Notes: generated by a model from the sequence alone, not told the origin. A stretch of 64,000 nt of DNA from an uncultured virus (IMG/VR IMGVR_UViG_3300044716_000940) (IMGVR_UViG_3300044716_000940), one strand, 5' to 3'; shown: positions 29,572 to 40,004, numbered from the stretch's first letter. Translations and numbers: made by a program.

Positions 29572-30378
29572 TTAGCGAATAGCTGTGTTAGCGTTAGAAG
29601 CACTGTTACCAGACATGGTACCAGAACCAATGTTAATTTGGTCATTGGTAGCACGCTGATAAATCAAAGGTACTACACCGGCCAATAAGCTGGAGATACC
29701 TTGGAGTTGAGCTTGCTGTTGAGCTTGTTGTTGCATTTGATTTACGTTCTGTGTAACATTTACTTCAGTACCTAGAGCACGGTTAGATGCGTCTAATGCG
29801 AAGAGCTTGTCACGCAGAGCTTGTGCTTCGTTCTGAGCAATTGCTTGCAGAATTACTGCGTTACCTTGCGCTACTTGTGTGGATAAATCCTTAGTAGCTA
29901 AGAGGTTTTGTGTGTTACCATTCATAACGGTATTACCTAACTGTGTCAAACCTTGAGCGATTTGATTGCTTTGAGATAGGATAGCGTTTTGAGTTTGGGC
30001 TGCAGTCAAAGGAATAGCTCCTTGAATGTCGCCTAGTTTGCTGATTACTTCAGTAGTAGCGATTTGGTTTACAACGCCGCTAGCAGCGCCTTCACCGCCT
30101 GCGCCGCCCAACCAGCCACCATTTCGGTTGCCGATGAGAGCACCGAAGAGAAGACCGGCCAAGAGACCACCGCCATTGCCACCAAAGCCAAGACCGTCCA
30201 TGCCATAGCCGCCGGCACCTCCAGTATGAGGTTTAAAGACGTTAGTAATTTCAGGTATTTCATACATAGTTTTACTCCCTTTATTGAAATGCTCCCAGAT
30301 TGAGTCAATTGACTTTTCGTGGGAGGCTAGTTTGTCCATGACGTGCGCGTACATTTGTTGTACTGTTGCATCATCCAT
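29572..30378 (-). CDS. Gly-rich / Gln-rich hypothetical protein with hydrophobic segment
   Basis: 268 aa, strong RBS; GFGG..GLLAGLLFGALIG segment then coiled coil. Confidence 0.6.
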   Translation of the reverse strand: MDDATVQQMYAHVMDKLASHEKSIDSIWEHFNKGSKTMYEIPEITNVFKPHTGGAGGYGMDGLGFGGNGGGLLAGLLFGALIGNRNGGWLGGAGGEGAASGVVNQIATTEVISKLGDIQGAIPLTAAQTQNAILSQSNQIAQGLTQLGNTVMNGNTQNLLATKDLSTQVAQGNAVILQAIAQNEAQALRDKLFALDASNRALGTEVNVTQNVNQMQQQAQQQAQLQGISSLLAGVVPLIYQRATNDQINIGSGTMSGNSASNANTAIR

Positions 30379-30509
30379 ACTAAACTCCTTTCTGTTAATT
30401 AAGAATATGAAACGTATTGAGGGTACGCTTCACTTTCTCAACGAAAGGGGGAATGAACGGTTTAGGGACTTACTATATCAAACTAAGGGCTGAAGCTTAG
30501 GGGAAAACG

Positions 30510-31304
30510 TTATGCGATTATTGGAATCTCTCCCTTAGTCACAAATGATTGTCTAACTGTTTCGAACTTTTCATAGAGTTCGGGTGAAATAACTGCTTTA
30601 TCAATATTCACGCGCATGCGAGTTGCAAGGTCATCAAGTTGCTGTATATCGCCGTCATAGTGAAATGTTTTAGTTACTTTCTTGGTATCGTAAAAGTCCA
30701 TAATAATATGGTAACGATCTTCATCAGAATCATTGCGAATCTGATGCCATTGGTTTACCCATACTGCGTAGGCTTTACCGGCCTCCATGTGGAGATTAAC
30801 TCCATTACAGATAAAAACACATTTATTGTTTGTGAATAAAGGAATATGTAGACGAGCCATATAGTCGTCTGAGTCCGAATCACGATGCACAAGAGACTTT
30901 GCTCTTGCTTTTAAACAGGTTACACGTACGCGTCTAGGAGTTAGGCCTAGTAGCGTGATTTCGTCGATAACTCTTGCAATCTCACCAACATATCCTTGTG
31001 TAGGATTTTTATGCTCCATCGAGTGAGCAATGTCAAAGAACTTCAATGCTTCGTAGTTATCACGATCTTTTGGAAAATAAACTTCCATTGCCTCGCCTTC
31101 ATCGTTTTGGAAAAAATCCCAGCCATCTTTCCAATCGCCAGTGCGAGAGGTTAATGACCATCCACCAAAACCATGATATGCAGGAGTCTCATACTCTTCG
31201 CCTTGAATAATTTGGCGGCCTAGCGTAAAGACGTGCTGCTTGACATCTGCTTGCAGTTTTGCAAGATCGAATGGAATTAAACTTGTAACATCTTCGTAGA
31301 ACAT
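30510..31304 (-). CDS. 2OG-Fe(II) oxygenase, Asp/Asn beta-hydroxylase-like
   Basis: HRD...RLHIPL.TN...H...N..DEDRYHI. Confidence 0.75.
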   Translation of the reverse strand: MFYEDVTSLIPFDLAKLQADVKQHVFTLGRQIIQGEEYETPAYHGFGGWSLTSRTGDWKDGWDFFQNDEGEAMEVYFPKDRDNYEALKFFDIAHSMEHKNPTQGYVGEIARVIDEITLLGLTPRRVRVTCLKARAKSLVHRDSDSDDYMARLHIPLFTNNKCVFICNGVNLHMEAGKAYAVWVNQWHQIRNDSDEDRYHIIMDFYDTKKVTKTFHYDGDIQQLDDLATRMRVNIDKAVISPELYEKFETVRQSFVTKGEIPIIA

Positions 31305-31315
31305 TTATTATCCTG

Positions 31316-31999
31316 TTATAGTATGCGACATAGGCCTAGTTTAGAACTGACCCAAATATAAAAATAACCTAAATCATATTTACCAAAGCGAGCATTCGCA
31401 GCGCGAGTGTGGTGGTTAATATGATACTCTTCACCAATTAAAAACATACTTGCGCCAGGCCAATTACGGCGACGCTTATGATGTAGAAGCCCGGTCACAA
31501 CAGTTGTAGTGAGCAAAGGAGTCCAACACATCTGTATAACCCAAATAGCAACGCCAACCCATTGAAAGAGTAAGACATCGATAAGAAGCAATACTAGTGG
31601 ACCACCGCGCAGAAAGCGAGTGTAAACGTTTTTCTCTAACCAATCGTCAGGCGTTCCGCGACCGTGCACTTTCAACTCTTCGGCAGTATTCCAAGGAGTT
31701 GAGCCGTAGCGAGCCCAAATGTTAATAAAGAAACCTTTAACAGCGATATTCCAAATGCCAAGGATGTTAGGCGAATGTGGATCGCCGGGCACGTCTGTGT
31801 ACATGTGATGTCTGCGATGCTGAGCGACCCACTCTTTAGTATGAATGCCATCAAACCACGCGATGACTCTCCAAAAGTGGACCATAAATGGGTTCCATTG
31901 GATTGCTCTATGTGTATGATGTCTGTGAATATATAAAGTATTCATTGCCATTAAAAGGTGGCAAGTCACGAGCGTATAAATGATGGCTATCATAAGCAA
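31316..31999 (-). CDS. Membrane fatty acid desaturase-like protein
   Basis: His boxes HRHHTH, HRRHH, GEEYHINHH; DPHSP; TM segments. Confidence 0.85.
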   Translation of the reverse strand: MLMIAIIYTLVTCHLLMAMNTLYIHRHHTHRAIQWNPFMVHFWRVIAWFDGIHTKEWVAQHRRHHMYTDVPGDPHSPNILGIWNIAVKGFFINIWARYGSTPWNTAEELKVHGRGTPDDWLEKNVYTRFLRGGPLVLLLIDVLLFQWVGVAIWVIQMCWTPLLTTTVVTGLLHHKRRRNWPGASMFLIGEEYHINHHTRAANARFGKYDLGYFYIWVSSKLGLCRIL

Positions 32000-32514
32000 C
32001 CTGTCTCCTTTAGAAGTGATAACACCTCTGAGTAGGAGAAAGTGCCAGTAGATAATGAAAACGCTAGGCGCTCTTTAAAGTGTGGATTAGCTTTTACACT
32101 GTGAGGCAGCGTGACGTCTAATAACCAAGCCTCGCCTGGCTGTGCCACAAAGCTATCAACAAAGGTAAGCTCTGACTCATCAAAGATAACGCCGTTAGTT
32201 TGATTTTCTATTTGCTGTGTAGATGCTTTTTTATTTACTCGAAAGTATTTAGTCTCGCAGTCTTCGGTTAGAATATAGAAATTAATCGATGTTCTAATCT
32301 TATCATCTATATGCGGAGGAATATCTCGATCGATATGCATTAAGTGAAGGCAGAACTCTTTTCTAAAGCGCTCAGGTATAACCGCAAAGAATTGTGCTTT
32401 GTCAGTAGCAATATCGTAGTATTGAATACCTTTACCATCTATAAGAAATCCTACGCCTGTGCTTGTAATATCGTAAGGCACAGGATCAAACGCTTTGTTA
32501 AGTTTAGCGAACAT
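31990..32514 (-). CDS. Cupin / 2OG-Fe(II) oxygenase-like protein
   Basis: IPPHID...INF...DVTLPHSV...R.AFS. Confidence 0.6.
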   Translation of the reverse strand: MFAKLNKAFDPVPYDITSTGVGFLIDGKGIQYYDIATDKAQFFAVIPERFRKEFCLHLMHIDRDIPPHIDDKIRTSINFYILTEDCETKYFRVNKKASTQQIENQTNGVIFDESELTFVDSFVAQPGEAWLLDVTLPHSVKANPHFKERLAFSLSTGTFSYSEVLSLLKETGCL

Positions 32515-33148
32515 TTTGTCCTCTGATTTTCATCATATCATCGCACCAACTCTTCAAGACAAGAGCATTATCAGCGTGCTCGTCTACGATTTGGAAATAG
32601 TCTGCAGAGATTGAGATTCGAAGTTCGTCAGAAGTATTCATCTCAACTTCGTGTAACATATAAAACGGCAACACAACTAGCAAGCCAGGACGAGGTGTAA
32701 CTCGTTTAATAGAACCGTCTTGCATATAGCACAACAAGTCACCGCCATCTTTAGGCGTCTTCACATAGTAAGTAGCCGCAAATGAGGTGTCTGGGTGTGC
32801 GTGATTATCTATAGTCAAACCTGGCGAGCGGACGTTAGGCCAACCCATGTGAGATTTGAATGTAAGTTTAAGGTCTTTTAATTCTGGAATGCTATACGCA
32901 CACGCTGTAACAGTCGTGTCGAGCATCTTCCGAAGAATTGTAAGATTAGGCCTTGGGTAATCCCAAAGACTGTGATGTGGGGTCGGTGAGCGAGAAATCT
33001 CCTGTGCTACTGAGTAGAGCTCATCCATAAGTACTTCATTAAATGTATCGTCAAAGTCGGTTTCAACGGCCCAAATAGGATAATTCCATAATGGGTTTTC
33101 GTTTAGAAACTTACCAGTAATGGTAGGACTAATCGGTGTAACGTTCAT
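32504..33148 (-). CDS. Putative 2OG-Fe(II) oxygenase
   Basis: HAHP...ATYYV...GGDL...P.PG.LVV.P...LHEV..N...LRISIS. Confidence 0.75.
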   Translation of the reverse strand: MNVTPISPTITGKFLNENPLWNYPIWAVETDFDDTFNEVLMDELYSVAQEISRSPTPHHSLWDYPRPNLTILRKMLDTTVTACAYSIPELKDLKLTFKSHMGWPNVRSPGLTIDNHAHPDTSFAATYYVKTPKDGGDLLCYMQDGSIKRVTPRPGLLVVLPFYMLHEVEMNTSDELRISISADYFQIVDEHADNALVLKSWCDDMMKIRGQNVR

Positions 33149-33208
33149 GATGCTCCTAATAAATCCCTATCAAGAAAGCGGTTAGGCCTTCAAGATAGGG
33201 TTATTTGT

Positions 33209-33520
33209 TTAAACTTGTTTTGCTTTCCAAATATCGTATTCTTTAATGATTGGATCATCGTAAGAAAAATCAATACCAGGATGTGGACTTGCGTTTGCAG
33301 CAGCAAAGCGTTTACCTTGAATATGCTCAAGAATGTCTACACCAGGAGGAAGTAATTGCTCAATAATGGCTGGATAGGTATCCATCATCTTGAAGAATTT
33401 ATCCTTCTGTGCTTGTGGCAACGCTAAGATTTTGCCAGACAAATCGATATCAGTGTAATGCACAATATCTGCGCGGTAGTTATCAAGATCAGCAGGAGAG
33501 TCTATTTTTAATTCTAACAT
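33209..33520 (-). CDS. Hypothetical protein
   Basis: 103 aa ORF with AAGGAG RBS. Confidence 0.6.
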   Translation of the reverse strand: MLELKIDSPADLDNYRADIVHYTDIDLSGKILALPQAQKDKFFKMMDTYPAIIEQLLPPGVDILEHIQGKRFAAANASPHPGIDFSYDDPIIKEYDIWKAKQV

Positions 33521-33529
33521 AAATTCTCC

Positions 33530-33778
33530 TTATTTCTTTTTAGCAGGCACGGCAGGAATTGGAATACCAGCAAGCACTGTAGCATTATAATCATGCGGAA
33601 GAAAAACAGCTGATAATGTATCGGCGTAATTCTTTGTCATCTCTAATGCTTTAGTGCGATCGGCTGCTGACATTGCTACGATTTTGCCAGGCACTTCTAC
33701 TTTGAAGTAATACTCAATATTACGAGCATAGCGATCTTTATCGGCTTGTGTTGGAAACGTTCTAGTCGATCTTGGCAT
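33530..33778 (-). CDS. Hypothetical protein (start probably MPRSTR)
   Basis: ORF track 33530..33808; AAGGA precedes the internal ATG. Confidence 0.5.
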   Translation of the reverse strand: MPRSTRTFPTQADKDRYARNIEYYFKVEVPGKIVAMSAADRTKALEMTKNYADTLSAVFLPHDYNATVLAGIPIPAVPAKKK

Positions 33779-34667
33779 GAGAGACATCCTTTGCAGAAAA
33801 CTTTTCAACTACTGAATGGATATGAGCAGCTGTGCCAGCAATAAAATCACTAACATAGAAAGCAGCCCACATTGCATACAATACTGGCAAGCGGTGGCGT
33901 TTATTCTTTTCACGAATACGAGGAACTTTATCTAACAAACGGCAGATAGGAACGCCAATGTTCATCAATACACGACCACGGAAATTATCTTGCTTCAATG
34001 CGCCCATGCGGTAAGCCATATGCTCAGACCAAGGTGTACCAATCTTAATGGCCATCTTAGTAATTGCAAGCTTCTGTGCTTCAGAGCGAGCTACAGGATC
34101 TTTAATCCAAGGCATATATGCAGGGCCTTTACCATCCATCCAAGCCGTTACAATACGAGCCCAACGGATATAACCACGATAAACTGCCTTATCATTCTTG
34201 TAGAGCCAACGGCCGTAAGCCTGGTCTGCAGAGAAAATTACCGGAGCCATAAGGCCTTTTTCATGTAATTTAGAGCAAATGATTTTAGAACAGTTGCAAG
34301 CACAGTTACATGCATATGAAACTTCGCTAGTGGTGCAGTTATACGTACAAGCGCAGTTAGCACCTGTTTGCAAGAACGGCTGTGGGTCGCAGTTTACACA
34401 GTCAACACCGCCTGCAATTAAGCAGTTGGTGCACTGAATATTGCCGCAGTTACAGTTCTCTGTACAGTTACCATTAGCGCAGTTGCCTTCAGTGGTGTTT
34501 TGAAAGAAACTTAAGCCATAAAACGCAGACATCTTAGGAGTTGCTGGGCGAATCGCTGGTTTGATTTGCCCGTTCAAGAAACTCAAAGAAGTCGTGTAGG
34601 TCGGTGCCTGTCCTATTTCTGTGCTAATATTACTTACGGCTATCGGGCCGCTACCTTGGATTGTCAT
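33762..34667 (-). CDS. Cys-rich protein, probable virion adhesin and radical-SAM substrate
   Basis: MTIQGSGPI..S.I..E.G N-terminus; dense Cys tract NCANGNCTENCNCGNIQCTNC...CNCACNC; KIICSKL...GYIRWA domain. Confidence 0.6.
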   Translation of the reverse strand: MTIQGSGPIAVSNISTEIGQAPTYTTSLSFLNGQIKPAIRPATPKMSAFYGLSFFQNTTEGNCANGNCTENCNCGNIQCTNCLIAGGVDCVNCDPQPFLQTGANCACTYNCTTSEVSYACNCACNCSKIICSKLHEKGLMAPVIFSADQAYGRWLYKNDKAVYRGYIRWARIVTAWMDGKGPAYMPWIKDPVARSEAQKLAITKMAIKIGTPWSEHMAYRMGALKQDNFRGRVLMNIGVPICRLLDKVPRIREKNKRHRLPVLYAMWAAFYVSDFIAGTAAHIHSVVEKFSAKDVSHAKID

Positions 34668-36105
34668 AAGCGACCTCCGATTTAGAGTAGATAGGAACGT
34701 TATCCACTATCTCTGCGATATGATTCACAATTTTGATAGGAATAACCTTACGAACAGACTCTTCTTTGTGCTCAAACAACGTACCAAAGACATCTTGGCG
34801 TTCCAAAGGTAAGTCATCATTTTTAATGTGGATTGGGATATACCCAGTCATCTTTTCAAAGGCTAAGGCAAAGTGTGCAACGTTATCTGAGTAAGCGTTA
34901 GCGCAAGAAATTTTCCAGAACTTATTGTCTAGAAACATACATGCACCTTTACAAAGATGAAGCACTGGACACTTAGGACATTCTTCGCGTTTTGCCCAAT
35001 GAGTAGAAGTAGTGATAGAAACATTATCATAGTCGTCGAGTGAACCACCTAAGTGGGACTCGCCGTTTTTAGAAGTTTCTACAGCACTAACGTTTTGACA
35101 TGTGATTACATTTCCATGCAAATCAACAGCTAACACGTCTTCTAAATCCATACCACATTTTTGAGGTAATGTCGACGCGTGTTTATGCGAAAGCACATCT
35201 CTAGTAAAGTTGTTAATCTTATCTAGTTGCATTTTAAACGCGATATCGCCGCCTGATGTAAAGATATCAGAAAACGCTAGACGTCTAAACTCAAAGTGGT
35301 CTTGCTTAGTAATTAACGAGTTAGTAATACCATCTTCGTCATACGCATCAACAATGCCGCCTTCGCCGATCGAAATATTCGGATCGCCTGTTAATTCTCT
35401 AAACCAATCTGAAATGGCCTTACGGCTCTTATTCTTTGACGATAGCATAGAGTTAAAGCTAATGCCTTTGTTAAGGCGTGTCATCATGCGATAGAAGCCT
35501 AATAAACGCTTCTTTGTCTCAGGATCGTCGAATGGGTCTGGGCCTCGCACGTGCTGGCCAGGACCGTCGTGTGAAATCGATACTGAGAAGTCTTGCATCA
35601 TCAACCAGTCGATAATATCATCAGTGAGAATCGATCCGTTTGTAATCATTGCGAACTTAGGCTGTCTCTTCCAATCCTTGAACTTCTCGCGGATAGCTTC
35701 TGCCAAAGGCTTCAATGTTTTCCAATAAACCAAAGGCTCGCCGCCCCAAAACTCAACTTTAAGACCTTTTTCTTCGGTGATATCTAGTTTATCTAGTTTA
35801 GCCATAAAATCGGCGATATCTTTAGGAGACGTCGAATCGGCGCGCTCAACGAACTTCTGAGAGCAGTAATCACAAGAGTAATTACAACCTAATCCTAACT
35901 GAATCTTTAGAAAGCCAATTTGCTTAGACTTCTTAAGCGGTTCATCCTTGCTAAATATTTTAGCAGGAACTGAGTTGTCCGCTCTTTTATCAGGAAAAGC
36001 GTATAACAATCCTGTTTCGTCGGTTAAGACGTTTGTCATGTTATCGTAAAAGAATGTGCGTTGATCGTTTGCTGACTTTTCAGCCAAAATTTCAAATACA
36101 GCCAA
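34651..36105 (-). CDS. Radical SAM / SPASM-domain enzyme
   Basis: CNYSCDYC, FWGGEPL, ITNG, SISHDG; SPASM Cys motif ECPKCPVLHLCKGAC; TTG start. Confidence 0.9.
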   Translation of the reverse strand: MAVFEILAEKSANDQRTFFYDNMTNVLTDETGLLYAFPDKRADNSVPAKIFSKDEPLKKSKQIGFLKIQLGLGCNYSCDYCSQKFVERADSTSPKDIADFMAKLDKLDITEEKGLKVEFWGGEPLVYWKTLKPLAEAIREKFKDWKRQPKFAMITNGSILTDDIIDWLMMQDFSVSISHDGPGQHVRGPDPFDDPETKKRLLGFYRMMTRLNKGISFNSMLSSKNKSRKAISDWFRELTGDPNISIGEGGIVDAYDEDGITNSLITKQDHFEFRRLAFSDIFTSGGDIAFKMQLDKINNFTRDVLSHKHASTLPQKCGMDLEDVLAVDLHGNVITCQNVSAVETSKNGESHLGGSLDDYDNVSITTSTHWAKREECPKCPVLHLCKGACMFLDNKFWKISCANAYSDNVAHFALAFEKMTGYIPIHIKNDDLPLERQDVFGTLFEHKEESVRKVIPIKIVNHIAEIVDNVPIYSKSEVAYDNPR

Positions 36106-36119
36106 TTTATATCTCCTAA

Positions 36120-36446
36120 TTATTCTATAAGGTCAATTATTTTATTTAAACGGTATTCAATGACATCCTCAATCGAGTCATAGTCATAGTCACCGGTAGT
36201 ATCTTCGTCGATAATGATGGTCTTCTCTTCTTCATCTAACATAAAGTCGTAGAACACCCACTCTTCAAGAGCAGTATAAGCTGTATCCATTTGATCAGAG
36301 GTTTGGGCAAGTTGCATCCCAGCCCGGAGATTATTTCCTAAATCAATTTGAACAGTGCCGTCTTCTTCAGACAATAACAGCTGCAAGATTGCTGTAGCGT
36401 TCGCGGCATTGCTAGAGACTAGGTCTTGTTTAGTGAGTAATTTCAT
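36120..36446 (-). CDS. Small very acidic protein (possible immunity partner)
   Basis: 108 aa D/E-rich, directly after the 634-aa basic protein. Confidence 0.5.
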   Translation of the reverse strand: MKLLTKQDLVSSNAANATAILQLLLSEEDGTVQIDLGNNLRAGMQLAQTSDQMDTAYTALEEWVFYDFMLDEEEKTIIIDEDTTGDYDYDSIEDVIEYRLNKIIDLIE

Positions 36447-36455
36447 GACTACCTC

Positions 36456-38360
36456 TTATTCTAATTCTAAATGACCAGTATCCGAAGGGATAGAGATCGA
36501 GGGTGGTTTACCATTTGGAAAGAAATTCTTAACAGCTGTGTCGATATTTTTAACTGTCTTCTCGTAGTCATCTGCGGTATAAAGCTTTCGCTTAGGATTC
36601 TTAGCAGTGCCACCAATTACAACGGTCTTGCCTATTTGGCTTTTCCATTGAGATTTCATCTGCTCGCCTAAATCTTTAATAGGATTAGCACGATTGATTC
36701 GCTCATAGGCTTTGGCCACAGTTTCTTTTAGCGTTTTAACTTCCGCTGCTTTTCCTTCGCGAGAAGTTCTAGAATCCACCCTGTTTACGGCAAAAGCATC
36801 ATGCTTGGTATAAGGGTTTTTGAGATTAACAGTTACAATATCTTTTACTGCTGCATCAAATGATTGCACAAATAAGGGCATTGTTGAGTTACGAGACTTT
36901 AGTGGGCTCGGCTCGCCAGGAGTTCTAATAGACATCTTAAACTCTTTGCCATTATCGTCTTTCATCATTGGGCGGTAAGGCTCTATTGCGTGCTTTTGAA
37001 AAGACATTCTAAAGCCACTTACAGGATTAGTGTAAACAAAGTTATTTGGCATTTCTTTTGCCATACCTTTAAATTTCTCTTCAAACTGGGCAATAGGCGT
37101 TTCTTTAAAGTTAGTAACCAGTGTTGTTGCTAATGCCTTGGCCTTTGCTTTGTCTGCCGCTGTAGCTGGTTTTAAGTTTGGTTTCTCTTTAGTAGGAGTC
37201 CCAAACCCAGCCGCGCTTAAAATTGTTTTCGTAGTGCCTTTAATCGTGCCGTTGGCTCGAGCGCCATATAAGCGAGGAGTATCGACAGCCTTAACCACTT
37301 CTTTCATTCCACTGGGGTTAGAAAGCAAGTTGCCAATATTCATCATATCTCTTGTAATCTCTTTACCTTTTCCGTTAGACGGGTTTAGTAGAGAATAATA
37401 CGGCTTATCAGGTTCTTTTAGACCAAGATTAGCAGCAGTTGCCATAGCAGGAGTTTTTGGGTTGTTTTTAGAAAGCTTTACAGCGTCAAGTAACTCTTGA
37501 TTACCGGTCATTGCTCCTACGTTTGCTCGAGCAGAGGACGTGGCGTCATACCAGGAAAGTTTTGAATATTTCTTTTCTAAGACTTCTTTTGTCATTAGCT
37601 CAGGCGCATCTTTATCGTTAGAATGAACGCGACCTTGAGGAGCTAATTGAGAATTAGGAAAAGTCTTTTGACGGAGAGCTAACCCTTTTTCAGCTAAACT
37701 ACCTTTAACCGGGTCAAACTTAACTGGTCGAGTTATAGATAAAGATTGGTTTAATCTAAAACCTTCTTGATCAGCGGCGGTTAGCTTTGCCTTGCCAGCA
37801 GCAGTCACAGAGATGCTATGCACATCACGCGTAGCAACTTCCTTAGCGCCACTAATGGTATTACCACGGGCAGCCTTACCGGTCATGGGATTGATGATCG
37901 TTTTACCGGTGTTTACGTCTTTGTAAGTCCAGTGACCGCCTTCCATAGCAATTCGCTGAGTCTTAGTCTTGATCGAAATTTCACCATTCTTTTGGAGTTG
38001 ACGTATAGCCCCTGTAACATCGTTAGAGAGAGTCTTCCCCTGCAAGGTTCCGGTGATTTGCGAAATAGCTGCGGTAATATCGGATGCTGTAACAGATCCA
38101 CCTTTAGAGCCGCCTCTTGCCGCCAAAGTAATGATGGCTTGCTTGACAAGCGTCCCTTTTTGAACGCCAGAAAGTGTGTTAAACTCTTTCCTCCCGCCTG
38201 CGGCGGTGATTTTGGAATCAAATTGACCAAAACCGGTAACACTCCAACCTTGTTTAGTATCGAACTGGCCACCGTCAGCACCACGCGGTTTATGTCTAAC
38301 GTTAATCTTTTCAACTAACATTTCCACGGGTGAAACGGTGAAATAAGCTCTCCAATCCAT
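36456..38360 (-). CDS. Large Lys-rich protein with N-terminal H.PRG..GGQF motif
   Basis: 634 aa following the terminase; no recognised catalytic domain. Confidence 0.6.
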   Translation of the reverse strand: MDWRAYFTVSPVEMLVEKINVRHKPRGADGGQFDTKQGWSVTGFGQFDSKITAAGGRKEFNTLSGVQKGTLVKQAIITLAARGGSKGGSVTASDITAAISQITGTLQGKTLSNDVTGAIRQLQKNGEISIKTKTQRIAMEGGHWTYKDVNTGKTIINPMTGKAARGNTISGAKEVATRDVHSISVTAAGKAKLTAADQEGFRLNQSLSITRPVKFDPVKGSLAEKGLALRQKTFPNSQLAPQGRVHSNDKDAPELMTKEVLEKKYSKLSWYDATSSARANVGAMTGNQELLDAVKLSKNNPKTPAMATAANLGLKEPDKPYYSLLNPSNGKGKEITRDMMNIGNLLSNPSGMKEVVKAVDTPRLYGARANGTIKGTTKTILSAAGFGTPTKEKPNLKPATAADKAKAKALATTLVTNFKETPIAQFEEKFKGMAKEMPNNFVYTNPVSGFRMSFQKHAIEPYRPMMKDDNGKEFKMSIRTPGEPSPLKSRNSTMPLFVQSFDAAVKDIVTVNLKNPYTKHDAFAVNRVDSRTSREGKAAEVKTLKETVAKAYERINRANPIKDLGEQMKSQWKSQIGKTVVIGGTAKNPKRKLYTADDYEKTVKNIDTAVKNFFPNGKPPSISIPSDTGHLELE

Positions 38361-38369
38361 AGTATCTCC

Positions 38370-40004
38370 TTAGATAATCATTGAATCAATATCTGTTTGC
38401 GCTAAATTTGCATCACTCAATAAGTAGACACTCATTGCTAAAGCAACCAGCGGGTCGATACGTTGAGAACTTTTACTTTTATCAAGTTTTCTATTACCAG
38501 CAGGATCTGTAATCACAATCGCATTGGCTGCGGCCATATTCAATAATGGATGATTAGCATGTCTTAACAGTTTTTGTAATAACAACGACTCTAAGCCGTC
38601 TAACCGTAAAGAGAAATCCTTAAATGTCTGGCCTACGGGAATCCATTCCGCCTCTTGAGCAAATCCTGCTTTCTCAGAAGCGATCTTAAAGTCCTCAATG
38701 CGCCAACGGTCGAAGCTCAACGATGCAATGTCCCACCCGTCCGTGCGTGAAATCAGCTCATCGACGATCATCTCATAATTCAGATGGGCGCCAGGCAACG
38801 CATAGAGAAAGCCATCCCGCACCCACTGATCGTAAGGCACTCGGTCAGTTTGACTGCGATCGCTTAGTGTATCTAGTGGAGTAAACACAAATGGGATGCT
38901 ATGCACCTCACCTGTTTCAGGATCTCGCACCGAGGCTATCGCTGCGGTCAAGTCGTTTCTTGCAGATAAGTCTAAGCCCAAATGGACTGGGTTATTCTTG
39001 AAGAGTTCTATGTCTGTCGATTTACCACAATCTTTCCAGGTGGAAGGAGCGATAAACAGTGTTAACAATGATACTCTTTGGTTGAGCAGTAGATTTCGTG
39101 CAGCAGCTTCAGCGGCCGGAATCCTGGAGGCTTTTTCTAACTGCTGTTTCAAATCGTCTTTTGATCTGAACAAACCTAGCGCAGGATTGGCATATGCCCA
39201 CTGTTGCTCGTCAAGTAGATTACAATCTTTCTCGGCTTCGTAAACGTGGCACACAATTGAAGGATCTGTTGAACGCTCAGCGTCGTCAATCCAAATCGAT
39301 AACATATCACCATCGGACGCGGCTTGTGTAGAGATCACAAATAACATTGGATCTTTATGCGCACCTTGTGAGGTTGTGATAGCTTCAATGAAGGCATCAC
39401 GTGGTCCGACAACCTGTCCGGTTTCGTCAAGCACGGCGATATAGGGCGAAAGGCCTTGTGCGGTAGGTCCGTCTTTGGCTAATGCTCTATACTCTGTGTT
39501 TGTTGCAATACCTTTTAGGCGTTTGCCGGAAGGAATGATTTGCGTCCGCTTTGACATGTTTGGGTTAAGGTTAACCATCTTCTGCATTGCGGTAAATAGA
39601 ATACCTGCTTGATCTCGTGATTGAGCTCCAGAGATAATCTGCGCATTCTTTGGGGCCAATGGGCCGATAATGGCAGCTAAGACGAGAGGTGCGACAATCG
39701 TTGTTTTGCCGTTTTTACGTGCAATTGATAGGATCGCGGTTCTTGTTAAACGCTCGCCTTCGTCGTCTTTGTTGTCATAGATAGCACGAATATACGCGCG
39801 TTGGAATGGGAGTAATTTGATCGGTTGACCGACTAAAGCACCTTCAGGCACTTTACACTCTTTTTCGATAAATAGGATTACTTTCTCACCGTCTGTGAGG
39901 TCGTCCCACTTCATTTTTGAGAAATCTCTCTCCCGGGGGATCGGGCCAGACTTAATGGCCTTTAGCACTTCGGGAGGATAGTCAAACCATTCTGATGTCA
40001 CCAC
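38370..40004 (-). CDS. terL: Terminase large subunit
   Basis: ARKNGKT Walker A, VLDE Walker B, ISTQ, GLDLS..DL, FDRW, RIDPLVA. Confidence 0.95.
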   Translation of the reverse strand: MVTSEWFDYPPEVLKAIKSGPIPRERDFSKMKWDDLTDGEKVILFIEKECKVPEGALVGQPIKLLPFQRAYIRAIYDNKDDEGERLTRTAILSIARKNGKTTIVAPLVLAAIIGPLAPKNAQIISGAQSRDQAGILFTAMQKMVNLNPNMSKRTQIIPSGKRLKGIATNTEYRALAKDGPTAQGLSPYIAVLDETGQVVGPRDAFIEAITTSQGAHKDPMLFVISTQAASDGDMLSIWIDDAERSTDPSIVCHVYEAEKDCNLLDEQQWAYANPALGLFRSKDDLKQQLEKASRIPAAEAAARNLLLNQRVSLLTLFIAPSTWKDCGKSTDIELFKNNPVHLGLDLSARNDLTAAIASVRDPETGEVHSIPFVFTPLDTLSDRSQTDRVPYDQWVRDGFLYALPGAHLNYEMIVDELISRTDGWDIASLSFDRWRIEDFKIASEKAGFAQEAEWIPVGQTFKDFSLRLDGLESLLLQKLLRHANHPLLNMAAANAIVITDPAGNRKLDKSKSSQRIDPLVALAMSVYLLSDANLAQTDIDSMII

